Below the pieces are notes generated by a model, which had not been told where the DNA came from, did not search any database, and worked only from the letters and a program-made list of their open reading frames with translations. A stretch of 62,843 nucleotides of DNA, counting the filler, from Barthelona sp. PAP020 (Eukaryota), in the NCBI GenBank assembly GCA_040182905.1. It is 4 parts of 4 records of this genome, joined end to end, with 100 filler letters (N's around TTAATTAATTAA, not from the genome) between each part and the next. Parts side by side here need not be neighbours in the genome. Positions count along the whole stretch, not along the records: positions 31,618 to 47,187 come from JARQWU010000278.1; positions 47,288 to 62,843 come from JARQWU010000279.1; 2 more parts are not named here. One strand, written 5' to 3'. Of this stretch, positions 40,357-50,791 are shown piece after piece. The translations under genes were made by a program, and so were the position numbers. The number at the start of each line of letters is the position of its first letter. The stretch's first letter is position 1.

Positions 40357-42045
40357 ATGAGTAATTCTCAAGTTGATGAATTAAAAACACAAGGAAACAC
40401 TTTTTTTAAGGCTGGCAAATTTGAAGAAGCTATTGAAAAGTTCACTGCTGCATTAGAATTGGATCCAAATCATCATGTTTGTTATTCTAATAGATCAGGA
40501 TGTTATGCACGTCTTGGAGATGGACAAAAAGCGCTTGAAGACGCCGAAAAATGTATCACTGTTAAACCTGATTGGGCAAAAGGTTATTCCAGAAAAGGTG
40601 CAGCTTATCAATTATTGAATAATAGTTATGAAGCCAAACAAGCATTCGAAAAATGTATTGAGCTTGACCCAAATAATGCTGTTGCAAAACAAGCATTATC
40701 TCAGTTTGCTCCACCTTCTGGTGCCAGTGAACCTGGTATGGGGGATTTCGCATCACTTTTTTCCAATCCCGAAATTGCTTCTATCATGCAAGATCCTGAA
40801 GTGATGCAGATATTGATGGATGTCCAAACAAATCCTCAAAATATAACGAAACATCTTCAAAATCCCAAATTTCAAATGGCTATGCAAGTGTTACAGCCCA
40901 TTTTATCTCAACAAATGGGTCAAATGGATCCTTCTCAATTTGGGGATTCATTTAGAGCTGAACCCACTGATATTCCTTCGACTAACACGCATTCTGAGCC
41001 TAAAGTTGAACCAAAGGTTGAACCTGTGACTGAGACTGAGCCTGAACCTGTTAGAGAGTTAACTGAAGAAGAAAAGATCAAGTCTCGTGCTGAAGAGATC
41101 AAAAATGAAGGTAATCAATTGTATAAACAAAAGAGATTTGATGAAGCCATTGCAAAGTATAATGAAGCAGCTGAGCTTGATCCTACAAATCCGGTTTATA
41201 TATTGAATCAAGCAAGTGTTTACATTTCCGCTAAGGATTTTGATGCTGCATTGATGGCATGCGATCAGGCACAAGAAGTTGCAAAAGAGCATGGAAAATA
41301 CGATTATTTAGCAAAAATTTATGCAAGAAAAGGTAATGCTTTTGTTGCTATGGAGGAATATGAACAAGCTATGGAAATGTATGACAAATCCTTGATGGAG
41401 AAGTCTGATCGTCATGTTCGTGCTGCGAGAACTGAAGCAAAAAACAAATTACGTAAAAAATCTGCTGAAGAATACATTAATCCTGAGTTATCGGATGAAT
41501 CCAATACTGAAGGTGGTATTCATTTCAGAGCTAAAGAATATCAAAAGGCTCTCGAATGCTACGATGAAGCAATAAAGAGAAATCCAGAATCTGCCAAGGC
41601 ATATGCTAATAAGGCCGCTGTTTTAATGAAATTAGGATATTTTGAAAGGGCTATTAAGGAATGCGATGAATGTTTAAAACATGATGTCACATTCTTGAAG
41701 GCTTACGTTCGTAAAGGTCAATGCTACGCATGTTTGAAATTGAATCATAAAGCTCATCGTGCATTTACTGAAGGAATGCAACATCATCCAGGTAATGCAG
41801 ATCTGCAAGCAGGTTTAAACAACTGCATGCAATTTTTGCAAAAACCCTTATCTGAGGAGGATCAAAAGAGAATTATGACGGATGAGGAAATTTCAAGAAC
41901 AATGAATGATCCAAACATCCAAAAATTGTTGATGGATTTCCAAAACAATCAACAAACTGCATTAGCTCAATTGCAAGCTAATCCCGGTTTGATGGAGAAA
42001 TTTAATATTCTCGTTATGGCAGGTATTATTCGCACTGGACCTTAA
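40357..42045 (+). CDS. STI1: Hsp70/Hsp90 organising protein STI1/HOP
   Basis: TPR1-DP1-TPR2A-TPR2B-DP2 layout; YINPELS; C-terminal LVMAGII. Confidence 0.92.
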   Translation: MSNSQVDELKTQGNTFFKAGKFEEAIEKFTAALELDPNHHVCYSNRSGCYARLGDGQKALEDAEKCITVKPDWAKGYSRKGAAYQLLNNSYEAKQAFEKCIELDPNNAVAKQALSQFAPPSGASEPGMGDFASLFSNPEIASIMQDPEVMQILMDVQTNPQNITKHLQNPKFQMAMQVLQPILSQQMGQMDPSQFGDSFRAEPTDIPSTNTHSEPKVEPKVEPVTETEPEPVRELTEEEKIKSRAEEIKNEGNQLYKQKRFDEAIAKYNEAAELDPTNPVYILNQASVYISAKDFDAALMACDQAQEVAKEHGKYDYLAKIYARKGNAFVAMEEYEQAMEMYDKSLMEKSDRHVRAARTEAKNKLRKKSAEEYINPELSDESNTEGGIHFRAKEYQKALECYDEAIKRNPESAKAYANKAAVLMKLGYFERAIKECDECLKHDVTFLKAYVRKGQCYACLKLNHKAHRAFTEGMQHHPGNADLQAGLNNCMQFLQKPLSEEDQKRIMTDEEISRTMNDPNIQKLLMDFQNNQQTALAQLQANPGLMEKFNILVMAGIIRTGP

Positions 42046-42286
42046 CCCCTTAACCGTACGTTTATAAAAGTGAGATTTTTCTTTTTGTGGTTTATCGTTT
42101 TCGCAGCATTTTTTGCGTATTATCTTACCTGTTTTTCTAAAACACGTATCAATTGTGCAGTGAGTGCAGTAACATGAAGAGATATTATGGGACGATATTC
42201 AAAAATTCAAAAAGAGCAGGCAAAGAAAATATAAAATAAACTAATATTTACAAAAACATTTCTCAACTTTTTCTAGAAGTGACAAA

Positions 42287-43834
42287 TTAAAAAGCAAAGA
42301 CTTGAAAACTCCAACTTGGAATGTTGAACCACATACCATCATTCTTTATTTGTTGACCATCTCTCTCATAGAATTGATTGGTAAACAACTCTTTAAACAC
42401 AACCTTACCATTGCTTGCAGCTGGAATATCAAGTTTAGTCTTTCCCCAAGTTTCCTTATCGGAATAATTGATAACAAAGAGTAGTCCTGGTGTATTAGGG
42501 GCAATTCTCTTGTACATGAAACCAACAAGTTGATCATTGTTGTCAAAAGACAAGAAAACAAATTGGTCTGAAGGATCTTGATGCAAAACATCATAAGAAA
42601 TAATTTGAGTGAATGTTTCATAGAACCTTTGTGTCCATTCATCCAAAGATTCAGGTGCAGATCTTCTTAAATGTACATCCAAACGATTTCTCTTGCCAGC
42701 CCATTGACCTTGCCAGTGGAATTTCATTCCTGGAACCCCCATAGCAATAACAGCAGCAGATGCAGCTCTTTCTTTTGATCCAAACGCAGCAATTGCTCTT
42801 GCTTCATCATGGTTAGAGACAAAGTGAACGAAATGAGGCAATTGATTCTTGTAACAGTATTGAATATATGAGTTGATATCACCAACATTTCCATTCTTCA
42901 ATTTATCCATCATGTTTTCCTTGTCGTATGCCAAATCAAATCCTAAATTCCACAAATCACCTTCAGAATGCCAATATTGTTCAGCCATAAAAATAACATT
43001 GGGATAATGCTTTCTAACTTCTCCAATAGCATTTTGCCAAAACTCTTGATTCGGACGACTGTAACCGTTGGCTTTTAATATTTTGCCCCATGTCTTATCA
43101 ATATTATCGTTCAACAATAACATGGCCATGTCACAACGAATACCATCGGCATGAGCAGCAACAGTCATTAAATTGCTAATGGAGGCTTGTTTCATTTTTG
43201 GTTCCCAATAATTGAATTGGGCAGTATCAGTCCAAGCACCAGAATATGGGTCTCTTCCATATGCAATACCATTTGATAAGTACAAAGAAGAATCACAATT
43301 CCATCCTTGAGGACAACGAACATAACATTCAGAACATTGTGTGACGAGAGGAGAATCAACAGCACTGTGATTGGGAACAAAGTCAAGAATAATACGAATT
43401 CCATGCTTGTACAACTGATTGCGGAATGTTTGATATTCAGCTTCTCCACCTAAAACAGGATTTATTTCATATTTAGTAACGGCAAATGGAGATCCGATGA
43501 TATCATCTTGGGTATAACCAGGTAAAAGTTCGGAATATCCTTTCAATAAACCAGGATCAGTACGATCATGTTGTAAACCATAATCTCCTAAGCTCCAGAC
43601 ACCAAGTAAATACACATAATCAATAGACATCGTTTTTAAGTATTCGATTTCCTTATCAGGAATGCTACCCAAAGTAATTGAACGACCATATTTTTGAGAT
43701 AATTCATATAACCAAGGTCTTGCGGATAATTCTAAAATTTGAGGTTGAATTTTTGACACTGGTAATTTTCCTTGACAATTCATTAAAAATAATAAAAATA
43801 TTGTTGAAATAGTCAAGAACAAACAATTGCTCAT
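42287..43834 (-). CDS. Secreted GH13 alpha-amylase-family enzyme of an uncharacterised, prokaryote-like subfamily
   Basis: GSPFAVTKY, LDFVPNH, WTDTAQFNY, DGIRCDMAML, FMAE and SNHDE. Confidence 0.85.
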   Translation of the reverse strand: MSNCLFLTISTIFLLFLMNCQGKLPVSKIQPQILELSARPWLYELSQKYGRSITLGSIPDKEIEYLKTMSIDYVYLLGVWSLGDYGLQHDRTDPGLLKGYSELLPGYTQDDIIGSPFAVTKYEINPVLGGEAEYQTFRNQLYKHGIRIILDFVPNHSAVDSPLVTQCSECYVRCPQGWNCDSSLYLSNGIAYGRDPYSGAWTDTAQFNYWEPKMKQASISNLMTVAAHADGIRCDMAMLLLNDNIDKTWGKILKANGYSRPNQEFWQNAIGEVRKHYPNVIFMAEQYWHSEGDLWNLGFDLAYDKENMMDKLKNGNVGDINSYIQYCYKNQLPHFVHFVSNHDEARAIAAFGSKERAASAAVIAMGVPGMKFHWQGQWAGKRNRLDVHLRRSAPESLDEWTQRFYETFTQIISYDVLHQDPSDQFVFLSFDNNDQLVGFMYKRIAPNTPGLLFVINYSDKETWGKTKLDIPAASNGKVVFKELFTNQFYERDGQQIKNDGMWFNIPSWSFQVFAF

Positions 43835-44335
43835 ATTTCACTGTTAATAGTAAAAAATTTTGTTTTGAAAAGTCATTAACTTTCTTCAGATATCAAAAAG
43901 AGAATAAATTAACAATTTTTCCCTTATTAAACCCCATTTTTAGGATGAATTATTGTTCATTTGATTGTTTAAAAAACATATATGAATTGTAAAAAACTTT
44001 TTAAGGGAAAAGTTAAATAATTTCAATTTTTATTTTCAATTATACTGTTCATTTTGGTCAAAAGTAATATTTATTGTGATTATTTGAAACAAAGGTATTA
44101 TTTTAAAAATTGTTGGGATGGGAATGACTTTTTTTTTCATAAAACCATTGAAAGCGGACAGAATTCATTATTTTCGTAAATTTTAACAATAAAATTAATT
44201 TTTTGTGTCATTTTATACAATAGATTGATGATAAATACTTTTTTTTTAAACGATTTCCATTTTTTATGATATGATCAAGTATTGACACCATTTTTTATGA
44301 TTTATTATTAAATAATTGAAAAAAAGTACACGATA

Positions 44336-46777
44336 ATGAAAAAATACGGAAAATTGGTTGGTGGTTTTGGAACTATGAAGAATTCAATGAGTTTATCATA
44401 TCATCGAAACAAGGTATCTTCAAAAACCAGTGGAAATTTAAGTTGTAGAAATATGAATGAAGAAATTAAGGACAAAGAAAGCAAAGAGAGATTGAAACGA
44501 AAAACTTCGATTTCAGATATTCAGTTTAAAAGTGCAGCAAACTTGAATCTATCATTGAACCGCGTTTTTTCAACAGATCGAATCAAAAGTGCCAGCCATA
44601 AAAGACCATTTACTGGAAACAACACAACAAGAATGATTTCATCCTCAAGATCACAATCTGATTTTTTTCCTGAACGTGAATCTTCTTCTCATTCTCGGAT
44701 TCAATCTGCTCGTAATGTTCGAACACGTCCATTAAGTTCAAGAGATTCGAAAGCTCTACCTGCCTTTGAAAAGTCTTTTTCTGAAAAAACTATTAGATCT
44801 ATTAATAGCTCCTTTGATACTTCGATAACTTCTGATCGCTTAAACTTAGACCGTAGAGGGTTATCGTTGATACCCAAATTCAAGAATCAAGGGCATATCA
44901 AACTGTTAAATTTGCAGCATAATAACATTAGTTTGATTCAATCTTTACAGGGTTTAAATAATTTGGTGTTTTTAGATTTGTATGATAACAGATTGTCTTG
45001 TATTGAGAATCTACATTTTTTGCCAAATTTGCGTGTGTTAATGCTTGGTAAGAATCGCATTCGTCGAATTGAAAATTTGGAGATGTTGACGAAGTTGGAT
45101 GTATTGGACCTTCATTCAAATCTAATACAAAAGATTGAGGGTCTAGAAAACTTAAAGGATTTGCGCGTCTTAAATTTGGCGGGTAATTGTATTCAAACTG
45201 TCGAGAACTTGTCGAATTTGACGAATTTGAACGAAGTGAATCTGCGAAGGAATCAAATAACTCAAATGAACTCACTTAAGAAGTTGAAACATTTATCCAG
45301 ATTGTTTATGAATTTCAATGAGATGACTATGGTTGAGACGATCTTAAATGCTGTCTGTTGTGAAGAAATGATAGAGTTAGGGGTAGAAAATAATTTCTTT
45401 TGTGCTAAGGATGCATTGTATCGACAAAAGATCATTGTTTATTTCCCCGTACTTCATCAATTGGATGGAAAAATAATCTCGTCGACAGAGAGACGTGTTG
45501 CCATCACTGTTATTGATAAAAAGTTTCATTTATCCCCCAAATTTAAATCAAAAGATGATTTAAAAAAGAGTCTTTCTGCTGAAGAAGCAGATTTGGAAAA
45601 AAGTCTTGAGAAATCCTCGCATTTGTCGGACAACGATGAAAATAGTACAGTCTGGAACAACAATACAATAACTGTGAATTCTGATGAAGTTGTTGTTCGT
45701 GAACCTCCGATATTGCGACCACCACCATTACACATTTTAAGCACAACTTCTCATCCTGGTACTCCAATAAATTCCTCAAGAACGACACCGAAATCTACTT
45801 CAAGAAGCACATCTAGAGGGTCACTTCGCACTTCACCACTACTTTTCCCATCTCCATCCCCATCTCCAACACCACTGACTCTTTCAAGACCTAACTCTCC
45901 AAATAAGGCTAATATAATTCCACGTCTTCCGTTATCACGTCCCGGATCTTCTTCTTCTGCGTGTTCTTCTACCTATGTTAGATCTCGTCCTTCATCACCT
46001 TTTACCACAGAAACATCAAAAGATGGTTCAAATATAACATCAATGAATGGTCATGTGAGTGAAAAGACATTGATAATCATAGAAAACCCAACGTTGTGCT
46101 TGGAACAATTTCATCAACAAAGAATTGAAGCTGTTCATTTGTTATCGCCTAAATTCAGTTCATTTTGCAAGAATTTTATTCATCAATTGTCTATGGGGCG
46201 GTATTTAAGTGTTAGAAGGATCACATTGGAAAACATTTCAAATTTTTCAAAAATCTTCTTGCTAAGTTTCTTTGGTAAATATTTAGTCAATTGGACCGAT
46301 TTAGTCATTAAAAATAGTTCCATAAATCAATGTTCAAACTCATTTTTAATCGCAATGTTGGCTGCACAATTACCCTTTCTAAAAAGAATAAATGAACATG
46401 ATTTAAATCATGATTTAATTAGACAAGGACAGCATCTGATGAAAGAGATTGATTTCATCTCTTTTATTCCTTCAATATCTCAAGTTCCCATCAGTAACAA
46501 TGGATTTCGAAAGAATCCCAACATTGTGAATTTAAAAACAAAGTCTATTGCTCAAAACATTTCTGATCAAATATTTAAACACTCTCATAATGTTTCAAAC
46601 GTTTGTATCCAAATAAATAATGATTTTGACAAGACTTTTAAATCTTTTTTAACAGAATTTGTTGATTTGGAGGATATTGATTCAAATTTTTTAGCTGATA
46701 ATCTTTTAAACAGTTTAAAAAATATAAAGGATATTGAAACATCTGATTTACCAAGAAAAAGATCAATAAATAGTTAG
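44336..46777 (+). CDS. LRRC49: Leucine-rich repeat protein, LRRC49-like
   Basis: SDS22-type LRRs LLNLQHN..LDLYDN..LRVLMLGKNRI..LDVLDLHSN..LRVLNLAGN, in the same order as LRRC49. Confidence 0.7.
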   Translation: MKKYGKLVGGFGTMKNSMSLSYHRNKVSSKTSGNLSCRNMNEEIKDKESKERLKRKTSISDIQFKSAANLNLSLNRVFSTDRIKSASHKRPFTGNNTTRMISSSRSQSDFFPERESSSHSRIQSARNVRTRPLSSRDSKALPAFEKSFSEKTIRSINSSFDTSITSDRLNLDRRGLSLIPKFKNQGHIKLLNLQHNNISLIQSLQGLNNLVFLDLYDNRLSCIENLHFLPNLRVLMLGKNRIRRIENLEMLTKLDVLDLHSNLIQKIEGLENLKDLRVLNLAGNCIQTVENLSNLTNLNEVNLRRNQITQMNSLKKLKHLSRLFMNFNEMTMVETILNAVCCEEMIELGVENNFFCAKDALYRQKIIVYFPVLHQLDGKIISSTERRVAITVIDKKFHLSPKFKSKDDLKKSLSAEEADLEKSLEKSSHLSDNDENSTVWNNNTITVNSDEVVVREPPILRPPPLHILSTTSHPGTPINSSRTTPKSTSRSTSRGSLRTSPLLFPSPSPSPTPLTLSRPNSPNKANIIPRLPLSRPGSSSSACSSTYVRSRPSSPFTTETSKDGSNITSMNGHVSEKTLIIIENPTLCLEQFHQQRIEAVHLLSPKFSSFCKNFIHQLSMGRYLSVRRITLENISNFSKIFLLSFFGKYLVNWTDLVIKNSSINQCSNSFLIAMLAAQLPFLKRINEHDLNHDLIRQGQHLMKEIDFISFIPSISQVPISNNGFRKNPNIVNLKTKSIAQNISDQIFKHSHNVSNVCIQINNDFDKTFKSFLTEFVDLEDIDSNFLADNLLNSLKNIKDIETSDLPRKRSINS

Positions 46778-46818
46778 TTATTACATGTTTAATTTTTTTT
46801 TTATATAGGTGTGTATTA

Positions 46819-47187
46819 ATGAAAATTAAATTAAATTTCACGACAGAAAAGCCTTCAAAACGATTAATTAAAGATTTTAATTCATTGATCACAAAGAGTA
46901 ATGAAGAAATAATGAAATTTTTCAGAGATAGTTTTGATGTGTTACAAAAAGGTGATGTAGAAATTCCAAACGATTTATCAAAAGAAGATACTTCAATTTT
47001 TCATTCCATTCTAGATGTTACAATGCAAAGTTTAAAAAATAGAATTGAAAGAGATGATTTTGTTTCTGATTTATTAACTTTAGGGATTGAAGAAGGTTTA
47101 GCTTCATCTATAGGTAACATATATTTGTCAAAATTCATGGATATTTCACGAAATTTGCTTCAATCAACAATACACAAAAATCGTCCA
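46819..47187 (+). CDS. COMMD-family protein (COMMD7-like), N-terminal part (truncated)
   Basis: DFVSDLLTLGIEEGLA...LLQSTIHKNR resembles the COMMD7 helical domain just before the COMM domain. Confidence 0.5.
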
Positions 47188-47287
47188 NNNNNNNNNNNNN
47201 NNNNNNNNNNNNNNNNNNNNNNNNNNNNNNNTTAATTAATTAANNNNNNNNNNNNNNNNNNNNNNNNNNNNNNNNNNNNNNNNNNNN
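47188..47287. other. Artificial contig spacer
   Basis: N-run with TTAATTAATTAA. Confidence 0.98.
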
Positions 47288-47453
47288 CTGGTGTAAACTG
47301 TTACATACTTCCGTACAAGTATTGAAACCTGTACGAGTTGGATATGTTCAGATGTTGAAAATTTCGCTGTACCAGCTCAAAAAATCGAAAACCCATTTTA
47401 CAGAAGTGAAAAAAATAACACAATAAATAAAATTTATGAAAGTAAATCCTCAA

Positions 47454-48572
47454 TTACAAATGAGAACCGAAAATGTTTTCCAAATTTGAAAGATTTGGAA
47501 CTGAATTGTTTGGTTGATCTTTTAATTTAAGTTTCATTAAGGCTTTGAAAAGAACTTTTTGAGCCTCAGGATTTCTAACACCGAATCTTAAACAAGTAGG
47601 ACAACCATGAGATTTACACCAACGAACAGGAACACCAACTGCCAAACCGATTCTTTCAGCTTCATCTGCAATCTCTTCACTACCAGTATTTACAAAGATC
47701 CAAGGAACCCATAAAGGACTTTCACGATTATAAGACCAACCTAAACGAGTAATATGTTGCTGAATTTGTTCTTTCCATCTGGGAATCGTATTCCAAGTTA
47801 CCTCCATATAGTTATCACATTTTACTGCTTCACAAATAAATTTTTGAGCAGGGGAATTGACAGACCAAGGAACTTGATGACCAGCAATATTGAGAATTAG
47901 TTCAGGAGACCCAGTAATACAACCAATTCTTAACCCTGTACAAGACCAAATTTTGGTTAACGATTGAACAATTACAAGTCTATCTGGGAATCTATCAATG
48001 AGATTCATAGCAGAATGATCACGCCAATGAGGTCCTTCAAAGAACAAGAAACTTTCATCAATAATAAAGAATCCTTCACTCGATTCAATAATGCTTGCCA
48101 ATTGAGGTAAAGATAAAAAGTGACCTGTAGGAGAGTTGGGATTAACGATTGTGGTGACAGCTGCTTGTTCAGTGAATGGAACAATTTTACGATTAGATAA
48201 TTTGGCAGCACGCTCATATTCAGAATATTGAGCAGCAAAAGGTCCAGGACGCCAATTTCCTTCGGGTGCCAAACGAACAACCAATTCAATCAATTCAGAA
48301 GCTCCATTTCCAATAAGAATTTGATTTGTTGGCATTTGTAAGAAATCGGACAAAGCTGTACGAGCTTCAGCACAAGTTTGATCGGGATAATGATGTAAAT
48401 GAGCAAATTCTTCCTGTGCAGCAGCAATAGCTTCAGGTGGAGGACCCTGATAATTGGTTGTAACAGACATATCAGCGATTAATCTATCCCCAACTTCTCT
48501 CCAAGATTGTCCACCATGAAAATTACCAATAAGTCCCGTATTAGCTTTGTAATTGATAGGTTCAAAGTTCAT
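47454..48572 (-). CDS. PLP-dependent class I/II aminotransferase (HisC/CobD-like)
   Basis: FHGG, HYPD, IGNGASELI, NPNSPTG, IIDESF and SLTKIWSCTGLRIG (PLP lysine). Confidence 0.88.
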   Translation of the reverse strand: MNFEPINYKANTGLIGNFHGGQSWREVGDRLIADMSVTTNYQGPPPEAIAAAQEEFAHLHHYPDQTCAEARTALSDFLQMPTNQILIGNGASELIELVVRLAPEGNWRPGPFAAQYSEYERAAKLSNRKIVPFTEQAAVTTIVNPNSPTGHFLSLPQLASIIESSEGFFIIDESFLFFEGPHWRDHSAMNLIDRFPDRLVIVQSLTKIWSCTGLRIGCITGSPELILNIAGHQVPWSVNSPAQKFICEAVKCDNYMEVTWNTIPRWKEQIQQHITRLGWSYNRESPLWVPWIFVNTGSEEIADEAERIGLAVGVPVRWCKSHGCPTCLRFGVRNPEAQKVLFKALMKLKLKDQPNNSVPNLSNLENIFGSHL

Positions 48573-48751
48573 TTTAATTTTTAAGATATTTAAAAAAAAA
48601 AAAATTTCTGAGTTTTGATTGTTTTCCTAAATCCCAAAATCATTTTCAAATATTTTGAATTCATATTTTTTATTGTCAATAATAAATGAAAATCAGAAAT
48701 AATTTATAAACAAGATTAAAAAAAAAAAAATTTCTCTTTGAATATTTCATT

Positions 48752-49426
48752 TTACGTTTTTAAGTGTTGATAGCATTCTTTACAACAGTAAAATTTTATT
48801 TCGTCTTCAATCTTACATCTGTATTTGGCTTTTTCAAAACCACAACAAGCACAACTATCAACAAGAGTAGGACGTTTCCAATTTTCTTCATACTCTTTGA
48901 TGTATACGGTTGACTGTTTATCATCTGATCTATAAAGAGAAGGAGCATTAATAGTCTGTCTTTGCTTTTGTAACAGTATTTTAGCTTCTTTTTCCAATTG
49001 TCGAGTTTTACCAGACTTTCGGTGCAATAAACGATGAATTGTTTCTTCTTTAATTCTGTCTTTTTTTCTTTTCTGTTGTTCTTTTCTTCTTATCGCTTGA
49101 ATGTTTTTTTTTATGCGTTTTTGCTGATTTGTCTCCCCATCTTCATCTTCATCCTCATCATCTTCATCATCATCAATATCATCCTCATCATATTCTATCG
49201 AAGGTTCTCTTTGTATATCAGGTGTTATTGATCTATGTCCTCCACGTTTTATCCTCCTTGAAGTTGTGGGTTTACTTTCAATAATGTCTGCAGTTATTGA
49301 GGCTAAAAAAGAGTCTTCATCTTGAAACAATTTCTTTTCTTCTTGTTTGTCATTTTCTGTGTCACTTTCATCTGAAAATGGTACATCGGATTCAGAAGAA
49401 TAATCATCAACTTCTTCAGGATCCAT
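48752..49426 (-). CDS. INO80B/Ies2-like protein (PAPA-1 region + HIT-type zinc finger)
   Basis: Acidic N-terminus, RRKEQQKRKKDRIKEETIHRLL, and C-terminal CACC..AKYRC..YCCKECY. Confidence 0.65.
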   Translation of the reverse strand: MDPEEVDDYSSESDVPFSDESDTENDKQEEKKLFQDEDSFLASITADIIESKPTTSRRIKRGGHRSITPDIQREPSIEYDEDDIDDDEDDEDEDEDGETNQQKRIKKNIQAIRRKEQQKRKKDRIKEETIHRLLHRKSGKTRQLEKEAKILLQKQRQTINAPSLYRSDDKQSTVYIKEYEENWKRPTLVDSCACCGFEKAKYRCKIEDEIKFYCCKECYQHLKT

Positions 49427-49760
49427 TATTAAGCATAAAAAAAATATGTATGTATCTTTTTGGACAATGAAAAGTGAACTTTTTATTTTGTAATTTCCCA
49501 ATTGTTTATTGTGACAAAAAAAATTCGTTTTGTGAATAATAATAAATCTCAAAAACTATAAACAATGATTGTTGAGTTTACAATATAATTTACTCTTCAA
49601 AACTGATTGTTGGAGATAAATATTTATTGAAATAAAGAATTACTGTAACAGTACTAACAAAAGTTGTTCTGGAAAAAAAAATCTCTTTTCAAGAAGTCTG
49701 CATTTTTTTATTCAATCATTTGAATATATTTAAATAAGAAGAGCGTTAAATATACATGTA

Positions 49761-50687
49761 ATGGCTTTTGGCAATATAGATCGACTTATGAATAAGAATA
49801 TTCGAGATAAACGTAGAACAACAAGATATAGGAGAAGAAGTCCTGTAAGAACAACACATAGAATGAAAAGTCAACAATGGATTGATAATATGAGAATATA
49901 TCCTTTTGTAATGGAAATGGATTTTGTACCCCCAGAATTAGAATATGGTGGGAAGATTGGTCTCTCAGTTTCTAAATTAGCAGCTTTATATGAATCATCA
50001 CCCACTTCAAAAATTTTTATGCTTGAACTTTTTAACATTGAGACCAATAAGTCCATAACAGTTGGGGTTGCCCCAGAAACATTTCAATCTGACAATTGTT
50101 TTGCACCTACATGGTTAATGCAACAATTAGAGCTGAATCCCGGTGATGTAATCATGGTCAAATCTGTGCAATGTCCTCCAATTAAAGAAGCTGTTTTACA
50201 ACCAGTAGAAAACGCTTTTATGGAACTATCTGACCCACGATCAGTTTTGGAAAAAACATTGTTAAACCATACATGTCTTACAGTGGGTCAAACAATTGTG
50301 TGTATGCATCTACAGAGAGAGTATGAAATTAATGTAATAAGCTTGGAACCAACTGATGCTGTTTGTATCATCGATTGTGATTTACCGTATCATATGCTTG
50401 ATGCTTTGGACGCACCAACACCACCACCTCCTGAAGATATGCATCATAATGGGTATGTTCGTGGTTTGAGGGTTCCCACTGAACAACCCTGGAAATTTTT
50501 TGATGATGAAAATGAGAAAGAAGAAGAAGAAAAAAGTTTTTCTGTTGGGTTTACTCCATCGCCCACTCCAATAGCACCTTGGGAAACACCAAGTCCAAAT
50601 AACATGGAAAACAAACAAAAAGAAACAGATGACACAAAAAATAACGTCAACGACACATTTTCATGGGGTAAAGGTGACAAAATTTGA
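49761..50687 (+). CDS. UFD1: Ubiquitin fusion degradation protein UFD1 family
   Basis: EYGGKI, CFAPTWLMQQL, LQP, DPRSVLEKTL..HTCLTVG and AVCIIDCD. Confidence 0.85.
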   Translation: MAFGNIDRLMNKNIRDKRRTTRYRRRSPVRTTHRMKSQQWIDNMRIYPFVMEMDFVPPELEYGGKIGLSVSKLAALYESSPTSKIFMLELFNIETNKSITVGVAPETFQSDNCFAPTWLMQQLELNPGDVIMVKSVQCPPIKEAVLQPVENAFMELSDPRSVLEKTLLNHTCLTVGQTIVCMHLQREYEINVISLEPTDAVCIIDCDLPYHMLDALDAPTPPPPEDMHHNGYVRGLRVPTEQPWKFFDDENEKEEEEKSFSVGFTPSPTPIAPWETPSPNNMENKQKETDDTKNNVNDTFSWGKGDKI

Positions 50688-50791
50688 ATCAATTTTTTTT
50701 TTTTAATTGACATTTTATCAAAGCAAAAAGGCATTTGAAGTCTTTTTTCTGTTAATTCCAAAAAAATGTGTTAAATATTTATTAATTAAGA

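Noticed and set aside
42042..42060. TTAACCCCTTAACC after STI1 as a piggyBac end or telomeric seed
   Set aside because: No matching opposite end or further repeats found; it overlaps the stop codon.
15783..47287. Three N-flanked TTAATTAATTAA palindromes as biological sites or scaffold gaps
   Set aside because: They are identical 100-nt linkers between contigs sorted by length (15782, 15635, 15570, 15556 nt), so they are artificial and give no synteny.
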